A DNA stretch of 64,000 bases. Origin: Heptranchias perlo. Taxonomy: Eukaryota. The notes beneath the pieces were generated by a model. That model did not search any database, had not been told where the DNA came from, and was given only the letters and a program-made list of their open reading frames with translations. Of the stretch, positions 61,871-64,000 are shown piece after piece. Position numbers and translations under genes: made by a program. The stretch covers positions 12,214,001 through 12,278,000 of the forward strand of contig NC_090362.1 of NCBI RefSeq assembly GCF_035084215.1, in the 5' to 3' direction. Numbering within the stretch: the stretch's first letter is position 1; every line of letters starts with the position of its first letter.

Positions 61871-62063
61871 AAATTTATTTAGCCACAGCATTCCAGTGTA
61901 AATTATATCACTTCATTCACTCCCACAGTGTATAGTTGATTCCAATTTATAAATCACTTCACCTTTGTAATAGAAATGGAGATCCATCCTGTCTCAGGTT
62001 ATAGAATTTCTACATTAAAGCCCTGAAATGTTGAAGGTGTACTAGTGACACAGGGGAACAGTG

Positions 62064-62157
62064 ACATGGGGGAACAGTTGTAAGGAGTCTTACAACACCA
62101 GGTTATAGTCCAACAGCTTTATTTAAAATCACAAGCTTTCGGATGCTTCCTCCTTCG
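62064..62157 (-). mobile_element. Very short Penelope 3' tip
   Basis: TTACAACACCAGGTTATAGTCC..CACAAGCTTTCGG; 17-bp TSD GACACAGGRGAACAGTG (62047-62063, 62158-62174). Confidence 0.85.
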
Positions 62158-63434
62158 GACACAGGAGAACAGTGGATAGTTAGCTTATGTAAATATGCAG
62201 CAAAGAATTTCATCAATACAGAGCGATGGGTTGGGAATATCCTCTCACTGTTAATTGAAACAATGCTCGGTAAAATGAGTATGGCCATCAGACTTAACTC
62301 AGATGACACTAACACAAAACTGCCTACTGTTCAGCAGTAATTGAACTAAGTTTGTAGTCTCACTAATGCACATAGTGAGAAAGGGAAATGTTAATTTGCT
62401 GCACTGGGCAGTTCTCCTCTGCAGTTACGGTTAAGGTACATTGTCAGGGGAGTGCAGAAAGAGCTCTGACACGTGCTGTATCTGGCATGGGGGTGCCGGT
62501 GCTAACATTGAATGCAAAAAGGAGAAAGTGTTTCATTCCTCAGCAGGGAGCACAAAAAACTTAAAACAGTGGACTACATCCATTCCAATTCACTCCCACT
62601 GTATAGATCGCAATGGGCCAAACCATTTCCAATTCAATTCCTATTGTACAGAAAGGCAATAGACCAGACCCCTTCCTATTTACTCTCATTGTGCAAAATT
62701 TGAAATGACCTATCCCTACCCATATGGACCTATTCAATTCTCAACCCTGGTTTAAGCAGTGTTTCCTGGGTTTATTCACTTTATTGAAGGTCAGCTGTTG
62801 AATTTTGTTGCTGAATTCATTCACCGTTATAGCTGCCAAAAGGAACTACAGCACCATTCAATACTTTTTTTTCCATCAGTCCAAAATTAATTTTGGGTGG
62901 AGTGCCCATCAGTACAATCACTCAAACAATTCTTCACAACTGAAGACTATCAATGTTCATTGGTACTAAATCATTCTACTCCTCAGTCACATTTAAACAG
63001 CGCAGATGTCAGTCACTGTAAATAAAGTGATTTTATTAGCACTATTACTACACATGCTACATCTATCCTGGTCTTTGCAACAAGTGCTTTGAGTTTCAGA
63101 TAAGCTAATAAATTGCAGTGAAGATGTCCCGTGGAGAGAGAGGAGGAACAGAGAAGGAATAATACCAAGAATTAATGAGTGGAAGTCCCTGAATCAGCAA
63201 ATGTTATAAGAACATATTTAAAACATTTCATTCTTGAAACTGGATAAAGAATGGTTTCTATAAACAGAACCCATGATGCAGCACTGCTGTCACAGCTACT
63301 GCACTTGAGTGATGACGCCCAGCATTTTTGCTCTCCTTTGTGTATCCTTTATTTAGCATTATTTTACCACAATGTATATTGTCGTATTATTAATTTGATT
63401 AAAACGTTTGAACAGTGTCTTCGTTGACTACAAT

Positions 63435-63646
63435 GAGGGTGAAATTCGACTTGGGCTGGGGACGTAAAACAGGGGGTCTTGCATCTGGCGCCAGTTATAC
63501 CCCCCCCCCCACCGCCCGATATAGCTCCCGTCCGATATTCAGTACTATTGAAATCAGTGGGCCTGAGTATTCGATGGGGCGTATAACGGGGCAGCAGGCG
63601 CGATTCTGCCCGTTTTGCATCCCCGCCCAAATTGAATTTTGCCCCC
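63435..63646. mobile_element. Palindromic MITE (Harbinger-like)
   Basis: GAGGGTGAAATTCGACTTGGGCTGGGGACGTAAAAC pairs with GTTTTGCATCCCCGCCCAAATTGAATTTTGCCCCC. Confidence 0.75.
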
Positions 63647-64000
63647 ATTGTGTGTTCCTTTTGAATTGAGGACAGTCAGTTTGGACAAAGGATAGTTTAC
63701 ATGAAGTGTTGAAACACGTGCAAGGGGATTTCAGCCAGTCAGTCCCTTCTGTGTGCCACTAGTGATGGAGACCTCTCTGCTCTTACTTGACCACTGGGAG
63801 AACTGGTTGACCAAAGATGGAAAGGACAGCAGCTGAAACTGTTACCGGACAAAAACAATGAAGACTACGGCCTGTTTCAAGAACTAAGGACTGCAGGCAA
63901 TCTAAAGACTCCTTCCAAACCATACAAAGAGACTGAGGGAAATTGGCAACCAAGAGATCCTTCCAATGCTATGCCAGGAAATGAGGAGAGCAGGTGATTA

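Larger units (their letters stand above)
59970..61874 (-). mobile_element. Penelope-like retroelement, 5' truncated, young
   Basis: RT plus GIY-YIG ORF, terminal repeat with hammerhead, 12-bp TSD TTATTTAGCCAC (59958-59969, 61875-61886). Confidence 0.96.

Noticed and set aside
62128-62157. Another hammerhead copy
   Set aside because: Truncated before the CUGA box and stem II is mismatched

Overview
Eukaryotic, repeat-dense, almost entirely non-coding DNA. The repeat content (CR1 and L2 LINE 3' ends, Deu-domain/SacSINE1-type SINEs, LF-SINE-like SINEs, Penelope-like elements, Harbinger and hAT MITEs) points to a cartilaginous fish (shark/ray); this is an inference. The only long genuine coding stretch is a 5'-truncated Penelope-like RT/GIY-YIG ORF (60284-61870, minus strand, one frameshift). 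Several short minus-strand segments with good splice sites (31.1, 20.4, 17.9, 14.5, 8.7, 5.4 kb) may be the 3' exons of a host gene I could not identify. Most notable: (i) minimal type I hammerhead ribozymes in Penelope terminal repeats, including a TSD-bounded ~240 bp fold-back insertion with one ribozyme on each strand; (ii) two Tx1-type L1 3' ends in tandem at the same GGTGGAC site inside a Deu-SINE; (iii) a SINE > Penelope > solo-LTR nest with both TSDs intact; (iv) LF-SINE-like elements whose 3' module is amplified into 67-bp tandem arrays; (v) a spliced Harbinger Myb/SANT gene relic. Family names come from remembered consensus motifs, not database searches. Boundaries of old repeats are approximate.
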